Assembly (NCBI GenBank): GCA_951406725.2
Contig: OX597815.1
Coordinates: 103,540,001 to 103,604,000, forward strand
Reading direction: 5' to 3'
DNA from: Octopus vulgaris
Lineage: Eukaryota
DNA length: 64,000 bases
Shown here piece after piece: positions 24,781-38,400 of the stretch (positions within the stretch are counted from its first letter, which is position 1; the number at the start of each line of letters is the position of its first letter). A program made the position numbers and the translations under genes. A model generated the notes under the pieces. The model was not told where the DNA came from, did no database searches, and was given only the letters and a program-made list of their open reading frames with translations.

Positions 24781-25326
24781 GTATATATATATATGTATAT
24801 ATAAACATATATATGTATATATACAGACATACATACATATGTGTGTGTGTGCATGTGTGCATGTGTGCGTGTGTGTATATGTGAGGAGAGAGAGATAGAA
24901 GGAGGATATTATGCGTGCTTATATACTGTTGGTTTTTATGTTTATGATGGTTGTCGGATGTTTATGTACTGTATGGCGTACTTTGTTCTTTGTCTTTCTT
25001 TTATACTGCATGTGGACGTGTTTACAGTAAATTTGCGCAAGTTAAACATTAATGTGCACGTGGGTTGGTTGGTTTTCCGTGTGTTGTGAAACGTTTTGGG
25101 TTTATAGATTGTGCGTATGTGTTGAGATAGTATGTATATGTCTGCATGAAAGGATGACTGTGTGTGATTGTTCTTGATTTTCTGGAATGGTTTCTATAAG
25201 AATGTGTTATGGATGCAATCATTTCAGAATGTTACGTCTACACAGTTTTTTTTCCTCCGCTGATAGATGGAATTGTGTTGTGTTTGAGTGTAAATTATTA
25301 TTCATTTTAAGATTGATATTCGTACT

Positions 25327-25533
25327 AAGGCAAAGAGCTGGCAGAATCGTTAGCACGCCTGGCAGCGATTCGTTCATCTCTACGTTCTGAGTTCAAATTC
25401 CGCCGAGGTTGACTTTGCCTTTCATCTTTTCTGGGTAGATAAAATAAGTATCAGTTGAACACTGAGGTCAATTCAATCGACTTGTTTCCACTTCCCAAAC
25501 TGCTGGTCTTGTACCAAAATTTGAAACCAATAT
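25327..25533 (+). mobile_element. SINE family 3 (tRNA head plus Meta-like core)
   Basis: GAGCTGGCAGAATCGTTAGCACG..GAGTTCAAATTCCGCCGAGGTTGACTTTGCCTTTCATC..CAAAATTTGAAACCAATA. Confidence 0.85.
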
Positions 25534-26539
25534 TAGTAATTTCCCTGTTATGTCAACAAGTAATATGGTATGCAAGCTGTCACTTGTATTTGTGTATGTT
25601 AAGTACATGCCACTTTGAATTATAACCGTTAGCTATATTTTCGCTTTCTTATACCACTGTCTTAGCTCCGCTTACCATTTTCTTTACTTATTGACCCCAC
25701 TTCATATCCTTGAAAACCCTCACTAATTCTGAACTGTAGCTTTAACATTTACCTTTATTTTGTAATTTATTTATTTATTTTTTTGTGTGTCAACAAGAAA
25801 CACTGGTAAAAAGCTTAGACATTATCGTGTAAAGACAAACATTTTTTTTTCTGTTCATAGATTATAAACAAGTTTGCTCCAAAGTTTTCATATATATGAA
25901 ATAATGTGATTCTTAAAAATCGTGAGACATGCTAAAACATAGTCAGTTCATTACAGTAACATACTAAGAAATATTAACTTAATCTTAAAAATTGAAAACT
26001 ATTTTAAAATTTTAGCAAGTTGAAAAGTATGATATATTTGAAAATAGCAACTAAAAGAAAAAGTATGTAATAGGTTCTACTATCGCTCAATTTGATAACG
26101 TCTCAAAAAAATTAAGATAAGGGTTGGAAAAAGAAAAGATTTTAACAATAAAACCAAAATTTATAATATTACATGTTTATGTTAAAAATATATCAAATTT
26201 TTTAATAAAAAAATATGTTATGATATAAAGCCAAATGTTAAACTAAAATTCAGATTTAAGTATTATAGAAAGTACTAGGTAAAACTAAAAGCTATGCAAA
26301 ATCTTTTCTTTTCTAGAGAAACCTCTTGTCATATTTTCGTACAAATAAATACAACATTTTATAGTACAATTTTTCGTATAACTATTCTTTTAACTTTTAT
26401 TCCAAATTTTTTGTTTTAATTTTTCTCAGAACCTTTTACTCCAAGCATTCTAACTTGGGCCTTTACATTACCTTACACGTACCTTGTCTTTTGTTTACAT
26501 ATTTGTGTTGTCCACTGCACATCAAATAATTCTCAAGGA

Positions 26540-28287
26540 CTGCAAAAAGAAACGAAAGTATCTTGACGAATATATTATATTTAGATTCGTGTCCCTCCAA
26601 AATGGTGACACAGAAGTCCTCCAGCGTGTGATGTGTTTACAAAACGTTGAGCAGTGATGGAATGCGACCCTCATGTTTGGAACGCCACATGAAGACAACA
26701 CATCCTGCTTTTGCAGACAAGCCCAAGGCAGTCTTTTAAACAAAGTGACGTTCCTTGAATCAAGCTAAGTTGGACGGTAGTGGGGCATTTAGGCAACAAC
26801 TTTCAATGGTTGTTGAGGCTTCCTATGCGATCGTCATGTTGATTGAAAAGAGCAAGAAGAGCCATAACATCGGAGAGTCTTTCATAGAACCAAATCTACT
26901 CCGTGCAGCAGAACGTGTTCTGGGGAAATACAGAGCAAACAAGCATTCCCAGATTTCACTATCAAACGATACAGTCAAGGGAAGAATTAAGACACCAAAG
27001 ATTAAATTCTTGCTCAAGTAAGTGATTCCCCTGTTCTTGCCATCCAGTGTAACGAAACGACTGACATCACTCAGTGTTCTCAGCTACTGCTATATGTTCG
27101 TTTTGCGTCAGACAACTGTGTAAAAGGGGAAATGTTGTTCTGCCACCCTATGAATGGCAACAACAGCAGCTATTTTTGACGATGTATCAAACTTATTTCA
27201 TGAAAACCAACTTTCATGAGATTCGCTGGTAGGAGCGTGCTCCAGCCATGCTTGGTCTGCAGTCTGGATTCAATACTAGGTGAGAAAAAATCCATGTCTT
27301 GTATGTACACACTGCATACTTCATCGTGAAACCTTAGTATCCAAAACCTTACTTATTGAAATGAGAAATGTCCTAAACGTGGCAATCAAGGTTGTCAATT
27401 TTGTTAAAGGACAAGCCTTAAACAGTCGTATTTTCAAACTGTTGTGCATAAATATGGAATCTTGAACATGAAGCAGTGCTTTTTCACACAAGCGCGCGCT
27501 GGTTATCAAAGAGGAACATGTTTGAACGACTTTATGAACTACGAGACGTAGTAGCAATGTTTCTAGATTTGCAATAGAAGGCAGATCGCCATGACAAGTT
27601 CAAGTCTGAAGACTTTCAGCTATTTCTAGCTTACCTAGTAGACATCTTCGAAGCGTTGAATGCCTCCCGACCTAAACTATAAGGGAAAAACATCAACATT
27701 CTCATGCACCACGACACCATTCGAACCTTCATGGCCAAACTCGATCGCTGAAAATGTCGAATTCAGCAGGAAAATACAGCCATTTTTAGTTACTTGGATT
27801 CTGCTTTCATTCACGGTAACCTTTATTCTGAGTTAAAGAAACAAATAATCACTAATCTAACGCACTTGAAAACACAATTCATCTGATACTTCCCAGATAC
27901 AGATGAAAAGCGTGAAGTTTGGAAATCCATCAATAACCTATTTCAGTGTAAAGTGACTGATGTTTCAGATGAAGTGCAAGAGGAGTTTCTTGAGCTGAAG
28001 TTCAACCCAGCTAGAACTGTATTTTGAAGTTCAACCCAGCATAGAACTGTATCTTGAAACGTTCTAGATTCTTCTTTACCCTCTGATCTCACATCAGGCT
28101 CTTCGGATTTTAGCTATGTTTGTTTCCACGTATCTTTGTGAAACTGCATTTACCACGCTCGTTGCTGTCAAGACTAAGTACAGAAATAAGCTGAACGTTG
28201 AAAGAGACTTACATTGTGCACACTCTGGCATTCAACCATGCATTCAAGAACTTGTAGCTAAGAAGCAGTGTTAAGTATCTCACTAAT
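26540..28287 (+). mobile_element. Decayed hAT transposon, Buster/Charlie (ZBED8/SCAND3-like) transposase
   Basis: KKRKYLDEYI, BED-like region, KSKKSHNIGE, SLSNDTV..RI, QCNETTD..SQLL.YVRF, PAMLG, THCILHRE.L, RWLS, STYLCETAF..KTKYRNKLNVE. TIRs were not identified. Confidence 0.9.
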
Positions 28288-29199
28288 TGATGTGACTAAT
28301 TCATATTCAAAAATATAATTTTTTTTTTTGCTAAGAAGCAGTGTCAAGTATCTCACTTTTTGTATAATGTGATTATATATAAAATTATATATATTTTTTT
28401 ATAATTCGACTAATTCATATTCAATAAAAAGACTAAAAATATATTTTAGACTTTATTTAAAATCTGGGAGGGAATTTTATTCATAGATGCAAGTGGGGCA
28501 TCGAGAGAAGGAAAAATTCATTATAATATTGTATGTTATCTGACATAATCGTATTTGCTTTTATTTTTCTTTCTCTCTCTCTCCTTCTCTCTCTCTATTT
28601 ATACATACATACATGCATGTGTGCATGAATGCTTGCATGCATCCAGCCAGCCAGCCATCAAGCTGTACATACATACATACATACATACATACATACATAC
28701 ATACATACATACATACATACATACATACATACATACATACATGCATGCATACATACATACATACATACATACATACATACATACATACATACATACATAC
28801 ATACATACATACATACATACATACATACATACAGACGTACAGAAACAAATAATTACACAATTATTTTATTTCGAAATTAATATCTCCTTCGGTCCAATTA
28901 TCTCTCATACATTCTTCTAAATTAGATATAGAATGTACGTGTCTTTTGAAAATAGCGATATGTATTTGTTAAAACGTTATATATTTCACTGTCAATTTGA
29001 TTTACAGAAAATACTTTTACATGGTAGAAAATATTGCAGATTTTATTTTGAAAGAGCAGATTTAATTGCGGTTAAACATTCAGTTGTGACCTCTACAACT
29101 GAATGATCAACGGCAATTCGTTTCTTTCCTATTGCATCTAGAGTTACGGGAAATAGAGTAAGAGAAAATGTTTGGTATCCAGGGAAAGTCCAGACAGAA

Positions 29200-29950
29200 G
29201 TGCTGGATACTTAGATTGCCACCGTTGTATAACAGCGTGACTGTAGTTTCTTGCTCCGGATTACATTTGACCATTGTAGATCATCTGCTCATTCGCTTAT
29301 TGTTAGAAGTAAATGTGCTACTTGTCAAAAGTACACCTCCATCACTGTCTGCCGTTATTTTGTAGCTGGCGATGTGAAACCACGATCTATCCTGGGGAAA
29401 CTCTAATGACTCTTGATGATGTTCCGGTAAAGAACAGCTTAAGAACGGGCAGCTGCTATCCGATCTGCTTTCGTGCGCTTCCAGGACTACATCAGTCGGA
29501 GATGCAACGGTTTAGCCATCAACTCTGGCATTGTATAAAATGATATGAGTGGACATTGTGATGACATCCTTGAAGCGACGTTTTATGTCATTGTGGAAAA
29601 AATAAACCTACACTATATCTAAAATTCTCAGTACATAACCATGATTACGGCTCAACATCCACTGATCTGCCAGATATAAAATGGAACGTTGTAAATCAGA
29701 GTAAACTCTATTAATATGGTCTAGATATGGTGTTGCTATCAGTCAGGTTTCTCCCAGATGCACACAGAGTGACTAAGTCTTTCAGCATCAGAGCATAACT
29801 GTCGAACAGCTGTTCCCATATGTGCAAAGAATCCAGCTATCGATATACCAGCTGTAAAGGTTACCATACCACCTTATCTTGGCGAGAAGGATAAAAAGTT
29901 CACGATGTGATGGCCCCAGCTGAAACTGTTTCACAGTGAATTAGACTGAA
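29200..29950 (-). mobile_element. Possible highly decayed RTE-like LINE 3' fragment
   Basis: Only weak ordered minus-strand motifs: TYG.., GYVLRI, KRRFKDVI, W....ADR. Confidence 0.3.
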
Positions 29951-30700
29951 ATAGCTGAAGATATATTTCTCTTCGATTAAACCCTTATGAATTCAACTCC
30001 CATATACACAAGATGAGGTGGTCGGATTGTGAAGTGCTATCCTCCTTTAAATTAACTAAAAAAAATTGGAAATAGTCATTAGTAATGAGATTTTGAAAGT
30101 AAGGAAAATAACCAACCTCGACACAGAACTGTACTCCACATAACACAACTAGGGGGTCGTCTTACCCTTAGTAGTCTGGGTAATATAATTCTGAATCATT
30201 AGTGTTTTTGATTAGTCTTAGCTGACTCTTACTCAACAGGGACTTTCCATTTATTACTTTTTCTATTTTTCTGTACTCATTTGTTTTCATTCTCAATAGT
30301 TCATTTCTGTAAATTGTACTTAGCATATCGCCTTCATTAACCGCTGTTATGCGGTAAATGAAAGAAAGTATTATTAAAGTTATTCACTTTTCAGGTATAA
30401 TAAAAATTATTTTTATCATTAACTTCTCAGAGTAATTTTACATCATTTTGACTTCCAGTCCCTCCTTTACTACATCCAAACACCATTGACATATTTTCAA
30501 TGGTCTATTGGTTCCCTGGTTCTTTATTATCTTACTTGCAATGTGCCACTTGCAATCCTCCACGCCTTTCCCAACCTGGCATCGTTTTATTTTGGGCTTC
30601 TCTGATTTTTTTCTCATATTTTATACTTATTTTCTATTTTTAACTGTGTTACATCGTTGAGTCTAGTAGCATGCGAGCATCGGTGTATGCTGTTAATATG

Positions 30701-30764
<64 letters not shown>

Positions 30765-31108
30765 CATTCATATAGTTATGTGCATGTATATATATGTACA
30801 TCTATATTTAGATATATGTATATATGTATGTTTATATATATACATATATATATATGTGTATGTATGTATATATATTACATGCATATATATATGTATATAT
30901 ATATATGTATATATGTATAGATTTTTACATATATATATATATACATGCATATATATGTGTGCATGTATGTATATATATATATTACATATATATATATACA
31001 TATATAAATATATACACATACATATATTCATACACATAACAATTTTCAACATTAGGCAAAATATATAATATATGTATATGAGTATATATGTGTGCGCGTA
31101 TATGTATG

Positions 31109-31139
<31 letters not shown>

Positions 31140-31979
31140 GTATATCTGGATGTATGTACACTCTGCTGTATGCACCTACATATACATGTATGTATCAACG
31201 TATGTATGTGTGAATGAATCGATGGATGGGTAGATAAAATGGTGGATTCCTGTGCGTATATCTGCGTGTGCGAGTGCGTTTCTTTGTATGTCTACGAATA
31301 ACTATATATCACTATACATGTATATATGTTTAATTCTCTTGTATTTTCAGCTTAATCGTTATAGTGTACAGTTGTTTTCGCTGTTTCTCCCGTTACCATT
31401 TCCTAAACTCTTTCATATTCCCTTCTCTTTCAAGTCCTTCAGCCTCCTCCTCTCCCATTTCTCTCTACTTCTCCTTGCCTCTCGCCCTCTCTCTATCTCT
31501 CTTTCTCATTCTCTCTCTCTCTCTTTCTCTCGGGCACACACTATCACTCCCATTTTATCTATCTATCTATATAAACACACATGTATATAGACATACATAT
31601 TATATATATAAATGTATGTATGTCTATATATATATACATGCATATGCGTATATGTGTGTATGTGTGTGTATATATGTATGTGTGTATGTATGTATGTATG
31701 TATGCATCTGTCCCGTATGCTCAGATACCTGTACATAATTAGCTCATGTATAATTAGAATAATAAAGCCAAAGTTTCATTGATTTTCATTGGTTATATAT
31801 TTCTTGCTTCAGTTACTTTATTTTTGTGGCATTATTTTCAAAATCAGGCAAACATTTCTAATTATCACAATTAGTTTCATAATTGTTACGGTACATCTTG
31901 AACAAGTGTCTTCTACACTATACTGAGTCGATCAAAGCCTCAAGCAAAAATTTAACAGCCGAAACTGAAATAATCCCGT

Positions 31980-32035
<56 letters not shown>

Positions 32036-32042
<7 letters not shown>

Positions 32043-32224
32043 GGACCTTCTACAGGACTAGAACTGTTTCATTCAGATGAAATCTTCAGGAAGCTTCCTG
32101 AAGATCTCATCTGAATGAAACAGTTCTAGTCCTGTAGAAGCTTCTTCTATAAAATAAATTACTTTACTCTGCTATGTATTGAGTACCTTATTTACTGTGG
32201 TTAACCCCGACTCAACCCGGTACC

Positions 32225-32228
<4 letters not shown>
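32036..32228. mobile_element. Short element in (TA)n containing a 116-bp spacerless palindrome (32036-32151)
   Basis: 58-bp arms centred on GGAAG|CTTCC with three mismatches, then about 75 bp of unique tail. (TA)n lies on both sides. Confidence 0.7.
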
Positions 32229-32257
<29 letters not shown>

Positions 32258-32262
<5 letters not shown>

Positions 32263-33501
32263 TTATTTCACATGAAATGTCGCATTACTTGCTATTTCAG
32301 TCATTTAAAAACTCAATTATGTATACCTTGCATTTAATCTTAACTCATTTTTTCTTTGCAAACAATATTGGTATACAAAATTCGTACTCATGGACCTTAG
32401 GAAAATTGTAACAACCAAACAATGTTGAGTGATTTTCCCGTATGAGTACAAACTATGTCACTCTGCTGCAGAAGCTCTACAGAATAACAAGCGCGCCTTT
32501 GCTAATGGTTTTTTTTTTACATCAGAACTGTTCAGAGATGGTTCCAATGCACTCATTCATGAGATATAGCCATGAAAAATATACCAAGGGGTAGGCCAAA
32601 ATAGGTTATTCGGCATGAGGGATTAATTGCTTTGGTTGGACAAAATCTGAGAACGAAGGTTCGGAAACTTTCATCAGAATTCCAAACATCTCACATAACT
32701 GTTTTTGGACACTAGTAAAAATTGGAAAAGTCAAGAAAACGGATAGGCTTGTTCCACATCAAATGAACGAGATTAAAAAAACAGCAGACGCCTCGGAGTG
32801 TGCTCCTTATTGCCTTCTCGAATGGAAAAAGACCATTTTTGCATCAAATCATTACTTGTGATGAGAAAATGGATACGTTTTGAGAACAGCAGGAGAACAG
32901 GACAGCGATTAGATGCAGGAGTGTCCCCTAAACACTACCTAAACCCACCATTGCACCTTCAAAAGTTAGAGGTCACTGTACGGCAGTCTGCAAAGGGAGA
33001 TATTCATTATTCATTTTTGCAACACGGAAAAACGGTAATAGCAACATCGTATTGCCAGGAAATAGTATGCATGAGAATTTGTAAAAGAAGCAACCCAGAC
33101 TAGTGAATAGAGATGGCCCAATTTTGCTCTACGTCAGTGCCCACACTCACACGCCTCAAGCTATTGTCCAAAAGTTGCAAACCTGAATAATGAGATTTTG
33201 CAACATCCTTCCTACTCCCTGATATCTCTCCTACTGATTCATTGCTTATTTAAACATTTTGAGCTTTTCATAAGCAATTAAACATTCGTAAATAGAGAAG
33301 AGATAATTGAAGTATTCGGACAGTTTGGCACAGCAGAAGATGAATTTCTTTAAAATATGGAATATATGGCATAGGTAAACGTTGATTAAACGTCATAAAT
33401 GAATATGGATCATACTTTGATTAAATACATCAGTCCTCTAACACTTCCGAAACATTTTATTGTTACTTTTCAAATACGACATTTTATGTGAAACAACCTA
33501 A
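32258..33501 (+). mobile_element. Old mariner transposon (Hsmar1/cecropia-mellifera-like), pseudogenised
   Basis: TIRs ATAGATTATTTCACATGAAATGTCG and CGACATTTTATGTGAAACAACCTAA. Motifs RTVQRWF, GRP, LVPHQM, IITCDE, GPILL, YSPDISPTD, GSYFD*. Confidence 0.9.
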
Positions 33502-34049
33502 TATATATACATGTGTGTGTATGTGTGCGCATGTGTGTGTGTATGTGTGTGTGTGTATGTACACATACGCACGCACACACACACATACACACCTAGACAC
33601 ACACACATATGAATATTTATGTATGTTAGTGGTTCAACAAAAGAAACCCTGCTCTAATGAAAACAAGTAAATGATATGCAAGTTCCTCTTTAAATGGAAT
33701 GCATTATTTTGTTATTGTTGTTTTAGATTAAATAATGTTTTTACCAAAAATAATTTCATAAAGATTCCATACAGTTTGAAATCGCTCTTTATGAGCCTAA
33801 CAAAGAAAGAGAATATGGTTTGCGCCTTGATTTGTCACAAAACTTCACTTTTTGTCCAACGTAACGGGAAAAATGGTAATGAATATTTTACCACTCACCC
33901 TCAAAATGGAAACAAAAAAGAATATGCATAAAATAATACGTTTTCACAGAAAATAAAGAAAGCAAATTTAATTGTATTGCAATATATGGATAGCATGCAC
34001 TAACAGAGAAAACACGTTCATATTAACCCAACTATGTAGATATTTTGTC

Positions 34050-35480
34050 AGCAGCAACAATATGAATAACAATTGTCTCTTTCTCATCGGCAACAGGAAA
34101 ATTTTGGTCTGAAAAATAAACTAAGACAAGTAATTTAAAAGATGAATAACAGGGAAGTAGCTGGACCTGATGGTGTTCAGGAGTACTGGATAAAGAAGCT
34201 GACAAGCTGCCACAAAACAATAGCAGAACAATTTCTTACACTGAACAAAGGAAATGAATAGCTTCTTGTGTGGATTACCCTTGGACGAAAAGTTCTGTTT
34301 GAAGAATGCTTCAAAAGGGAATATTGCTGGTAATTACAGGCCAATATACTGCATTTCAGTGGTGAGGAAGCTATTCACTGATACAATCACTGATGTAATG
34401 TATGATGATAATGGAATTGTTCCAGTTGAGCAGAAGGATTGTAAACATAATTATAAGGGGACTGAAGATCAATTACTCAGAGATAAATTGGTGACGAAAT
34501 ATTGTGAAGGAAGGAAGTAAAATTTAACAATGACCCGGGTAGACTACCACAAGGTTTATGATATGGTACTATATTTGTACATTGTTATGTTCGAAATATG
34601 TCTGGGATTGCGAAGGATGAAAACGTTTCAAGAGATTTTGAGAAAAAGCACGGAAAGTTGAAAGGCTGAGCTCACATAATGTGAATTGAACCTAGGAACG
34701 ATAAGAATCAAGAGATTGATTTATGCATGATTACTTTAACATTGCTGCTGAAAAAGGGTAACATGTGGATAATAGATGTATCTCAAGCTGTATGGTAAGG
34801 TTGAAGTTCAAGTCAGTCCTTAAGCAAGCACTAAACTTTACTTTACCAAGGACATCAAAATGGAATTTAGTCTCAAAAAAAACAATGTGGAGTAATATTC
34901 CTCACAAATGAGAAAGCCTACAGACTAGAAATTATAGAATTATCAACAAGGGAAATCTAGGACTTATTGATGATACTGAGTATACATTCCTGGGCATATT
35001 GAAAATGAATGTAGTGATGGAAGAAGAAATGAAAAGAAATGACGGAAGGTGGCGCTGGGTTAGGAAAAGTGACATGAAATCAAAGACAGAGGTGTTTATT
35101 GGTGTTGCACAGAAACAAGCACTTCGTACTAATTATGCCAAATGCAGGATTGACAAACAGCTGAAATGGACAAGATGTACGGTGATAAGAGTGACAAGGC
35201 ATGTCATATTGTGAATAACTGCACAAAGCTGGCTCAAAAGGTAAAGGAAGGAAGACACCATAATGTTGCCAAAATGATTCACTGGGAACTGTATGGCAAG
35301 TATGTATTTGGTACAAAATAAGCATGGTTTGAGTAAGCCCGATAAGTAGTAATTTGAGGTAAAGATACTGTGGAATGTAATGATCCAATGTGATAATTAA
35401 ACTGAACATCAGAAGCCAGATATAGTAGTTGTGAATGAAGAGGGAAAGTTTGTTTAATCATAGATATTGCAATCCTGTTT
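34050..35480 (+). mobile_element. Internally deleted, decayed Dong/R4-like LINE
   Basis: AGPDGVQEYWIK, NYRPIYC, EQKDCK..GTEDQLL.DK, VDYHKVYDMV, AQKQALRTN, RHHNVAKMIHWEL, ILWNVMIQCD, KPDIVVV, IIDIAI. Confidence 0.85.
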
Positions 35481-35549
35481 GTGTACTCCCGTATCTGTTT
35501 ATACAAACATACATACATATATACGTATAAATATACATACACACGTAAT

Positions 35550-35595
<46 letters not shown>

Positions 35596-36349
35596 ATTAT
35601 TTATAATTACAGCATATCTTAGTCTGCCATATATCGTACTATTGCAGTCACATTTAACATTTAATATTACATGGAGAAATGCGAGCATGAGAAATAATAT
35701 TCTTAAGACGATAAACCTGGAAAATTACAGGACAAGTTATTACACTTGGAAAAGTTCAGAACAACGTATTACATCTGGTAAAGTACAGAACAAGAATATT
35801 TTTACATAAAATATGGCTGTTAAGGATAAAATTTCAAATAAAATATTTCGATTTAGAAAATATTGCTTATATCAAAACTAAACATTTTATTGCAAGTTAT
35901 TACTTCTATTTGTTATTACTTGTTACTTCTACTAAAAATTAAAAATAACCTGATTAAAATATCTTTGCACTTTTAAAACTTCATTCTTTAATTACTAATT
36001 AATAAACAGAAATTTGAAAAAGGTTATAAAAATTGACAGTAGTACATAATTAGTTAGTACAATAAGTTGAATAATAATATTACAGTAAAATCTACCTATA
36101 ACAACAAATTCACAGTAAAAATTGATTGAGTTATTGCCTAAGTTATTAATTTCCAAGTCTTTAGTCTTGAGCCAATGCCTAGGTTTTAGTTTTTTTATAT
36201 AATGAGTTTACCTACCATATATACTATTCTGCTTTGCATAAAACTTTAGCTATATTGGTACTTCTGGCTCTCATTTTTTAAGTATTCTAGTGTGTCAATA
36301 TTTTAATAAAATGAGGTCACCTTTTTTAATTATAATGTTAGTTTAAAAT

Positions 36350-36479
36350 CTGTTGTGTCTGGGGAGAGACATTCTCTTTTAGTGCCTTATAATTTAACAC
36401 GCTCACCGGTAAAATTTCAACTCATTTACTTATTCATTTTTCTAACATTTTCGTTGCGTCTTGCAACCTTTTCACTAGA
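36350..36479 (-). mobile_element. Short putative PLE-derived fragment with degenerate hammerhead-like motif (36441-36479)
   Basis: Minus strand: TCTA-GTGAAAA-G-GTTGC AAGAC GCAAC-GAAAATGT-TAGA. Confidence 0.4.
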
Positions 36480-36989
36480 TATAAACTCTGTCCGTTATTG
36501 AAGCTGCGTTATTTTTGTTTGTTTGTGCGCATGTGTGTGGGTCAATGTTTGTGTGCCCATACGCATGAATGTATGTATATATGTATGCATACATGTATGT
36601 ATGTATATGAGTGTGTACCTCTGTCTCCTTGTGTGTGCATGTTTGAGTGTTTCTGTGTGTGTATAAGTTTTTTGCAACTATGTACTGTGTCTGTATGTAT
36701 GTATATGTATCTCCATATGTGTGGCTCCATATGTGTCCTTGTGTGAAGTGAAATGTGTGTGTGTATATGGTTATGTGTTTCAGTCTTTATTTGTGTATGT
36801 GTACTTGTCTGTTCATATAACATATGTACCTATCTGTCTCTGTCTATCTGTTTACATTCATATGCATATGCCTACATACATGTGCATGTACATATACATA
36901 TGTACACACACTTACACATACATCTATCTACATAACAGCCCACTAACTATTCTACTCTACCTGTGGGTATGGGGGTATGATATCTACTA

Positions 36990-37175
36990 CGTATATTTCC
37001 TATTTAGTTCTGGGGATGTTTCATTCATGAGGACGTAACTCCTGTATTTGTTTGAGGGTTGGGTCCTTTGAGTGCTTGGATAAAATGTGGATGTCAAGTT
37101 GACCCAGGATGCCTCCATATTTGTCCTTGGCATGTTGGTAAAGTATGAAGGACTGTTTTATGTCATCATATTGTC
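36990..37175 (-). mobile_element. C-terminal GIY-YIG fragment of a Penelope-like element (Neptune-like)
   Basis: Minus strand: LYQHAKDKYGG..IHILSKHSKDPTLKQIQE, then a frameshift to MNETSPELNRK. This fits the H..E..LN tail of PLE endonucleases. Confidence 0.5.
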
Positions 37176-38089
37176 TCAATTTTTTAATATTCAAATTTTA
37201 TCCTTAGTTGCAATATCTTAAGTAAAATTTTTCTTATTCTGTACTTTACCAGATGCAATAAGTTGACCTGCACTTTTCCATGTGTAATAACTTGCCCTGT
37301 AATTTTTCAGATGTATAATCTTAAGAATATTATTTCTCTTGCTCGCATTTTTCCATGTAAACCATATTTTTTCCTGGCTGTGCTATTATGCTAATTAATA
37401 ATGTATCAAATGTGTCAATTAGCGGTATCATTGATAATTTTTTCTTTACCGCAATGACGCCGGTGACATATATTAAAAGTCCCTCTGTAGAACTATATTC
37501 ATAAAAAAACGTATAGAACTACATTATCACCCTCAAATTTGAGACCCAAAAACTCATAACTTTTTTCTCTTAAAACTTCATTTAGCTCTATCATTTAATC
37601 TTAATTAAAATATAGTTTGTTTTTAAAATAAAGAAGTTACTGATACTTAAATCCAATTTTTTGCTTTACTTATATTTTTTTAATAATTTACCTCACAACA
37701 TTTTTGATACGTATTTTTGTTGTGTGGGACCAAAACTATAAAATTCTTCATGCATTTTTCTATCATAGAAGCTAAGGTAAATATATTTTGCTTTTAAAAT
37801 TAAAAAAGTTATTTAGATATAAACTTGACTGGTGGCGTTACTTACTCTCCTATAACGCTGCTACAAATTTTGATGTAAACTTTTTTTTTCTACTGGATCA
37901 AATCTCAATTTATTTATGCCAGAAATGTTGCAATTTCGTTAAGAACTGAATTGGTGAAAATCTCTGAAAGATGCTGCGTGTGAGTAACTTGCGACTTTAA
38001 GAATATTATTCAGCTACGGTAGTAGTTGAATGGTAAGGAGGACGCTATTAATATCTTCCAACTCGTTGAATCTTGCTCTCTCCTTAATG

Positions 38090-38400
38090 ACTACTAATAT
38101 GGTTTCTATTAAGTCAGATCCTCTTGAAAATTATCTCTTCGGTCATTTGCCAGTGGGTCCTTGCATTGGAAGTACTTTATGCAAGCAAAGTTGTCACTCT
38201 AATCAAAGCTTTCGACCTTGCCTACCATGCGATCTCCTATCGAAACCCCCTACTTATGGAGTCCTTTAATCTCTCATCTCTTAGATCTGTATCTTTTTGT
38301 AGTGTCCCTTTACTACTACATCTATAACAAAGCTCTTTCTGTTAATCATCCTTTCAATTTCAACGTGCTCCAAATCTGGAGTTGTCCGTTTCAAGGTGAG
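38090..38400 (+). mobile_element. Decayed CR1/L2/Jockey-group RT fragment
   Basis: QWVLALE..VVTLIKAFDLAYHA, frameshift, LLSKPPTYGV; resembles the LD.SKAFD.V.H..LL.KL..YG motif. Confidence 0.5.

Larger units (their letters stand above)
35667..37362. mobile_element. Foldback/MITE-like structure with about 170-bp terminal inverted repeats
   Basis: 35667-35840 matches the reverse complement of 37185-37362 (TTACATGGA.AAATGCGAGCA.GAGAAATAATATTCTTAAGA...). Each arm has about 29-bp subrepeats. Confidence 0.7.

Noticed and set aside
26540-28287. Domesticated ZBED8/SCAND3-like host gene
   Set aside because: Many stops, frameshifts and small tandem duplications show a dead hAT copy.
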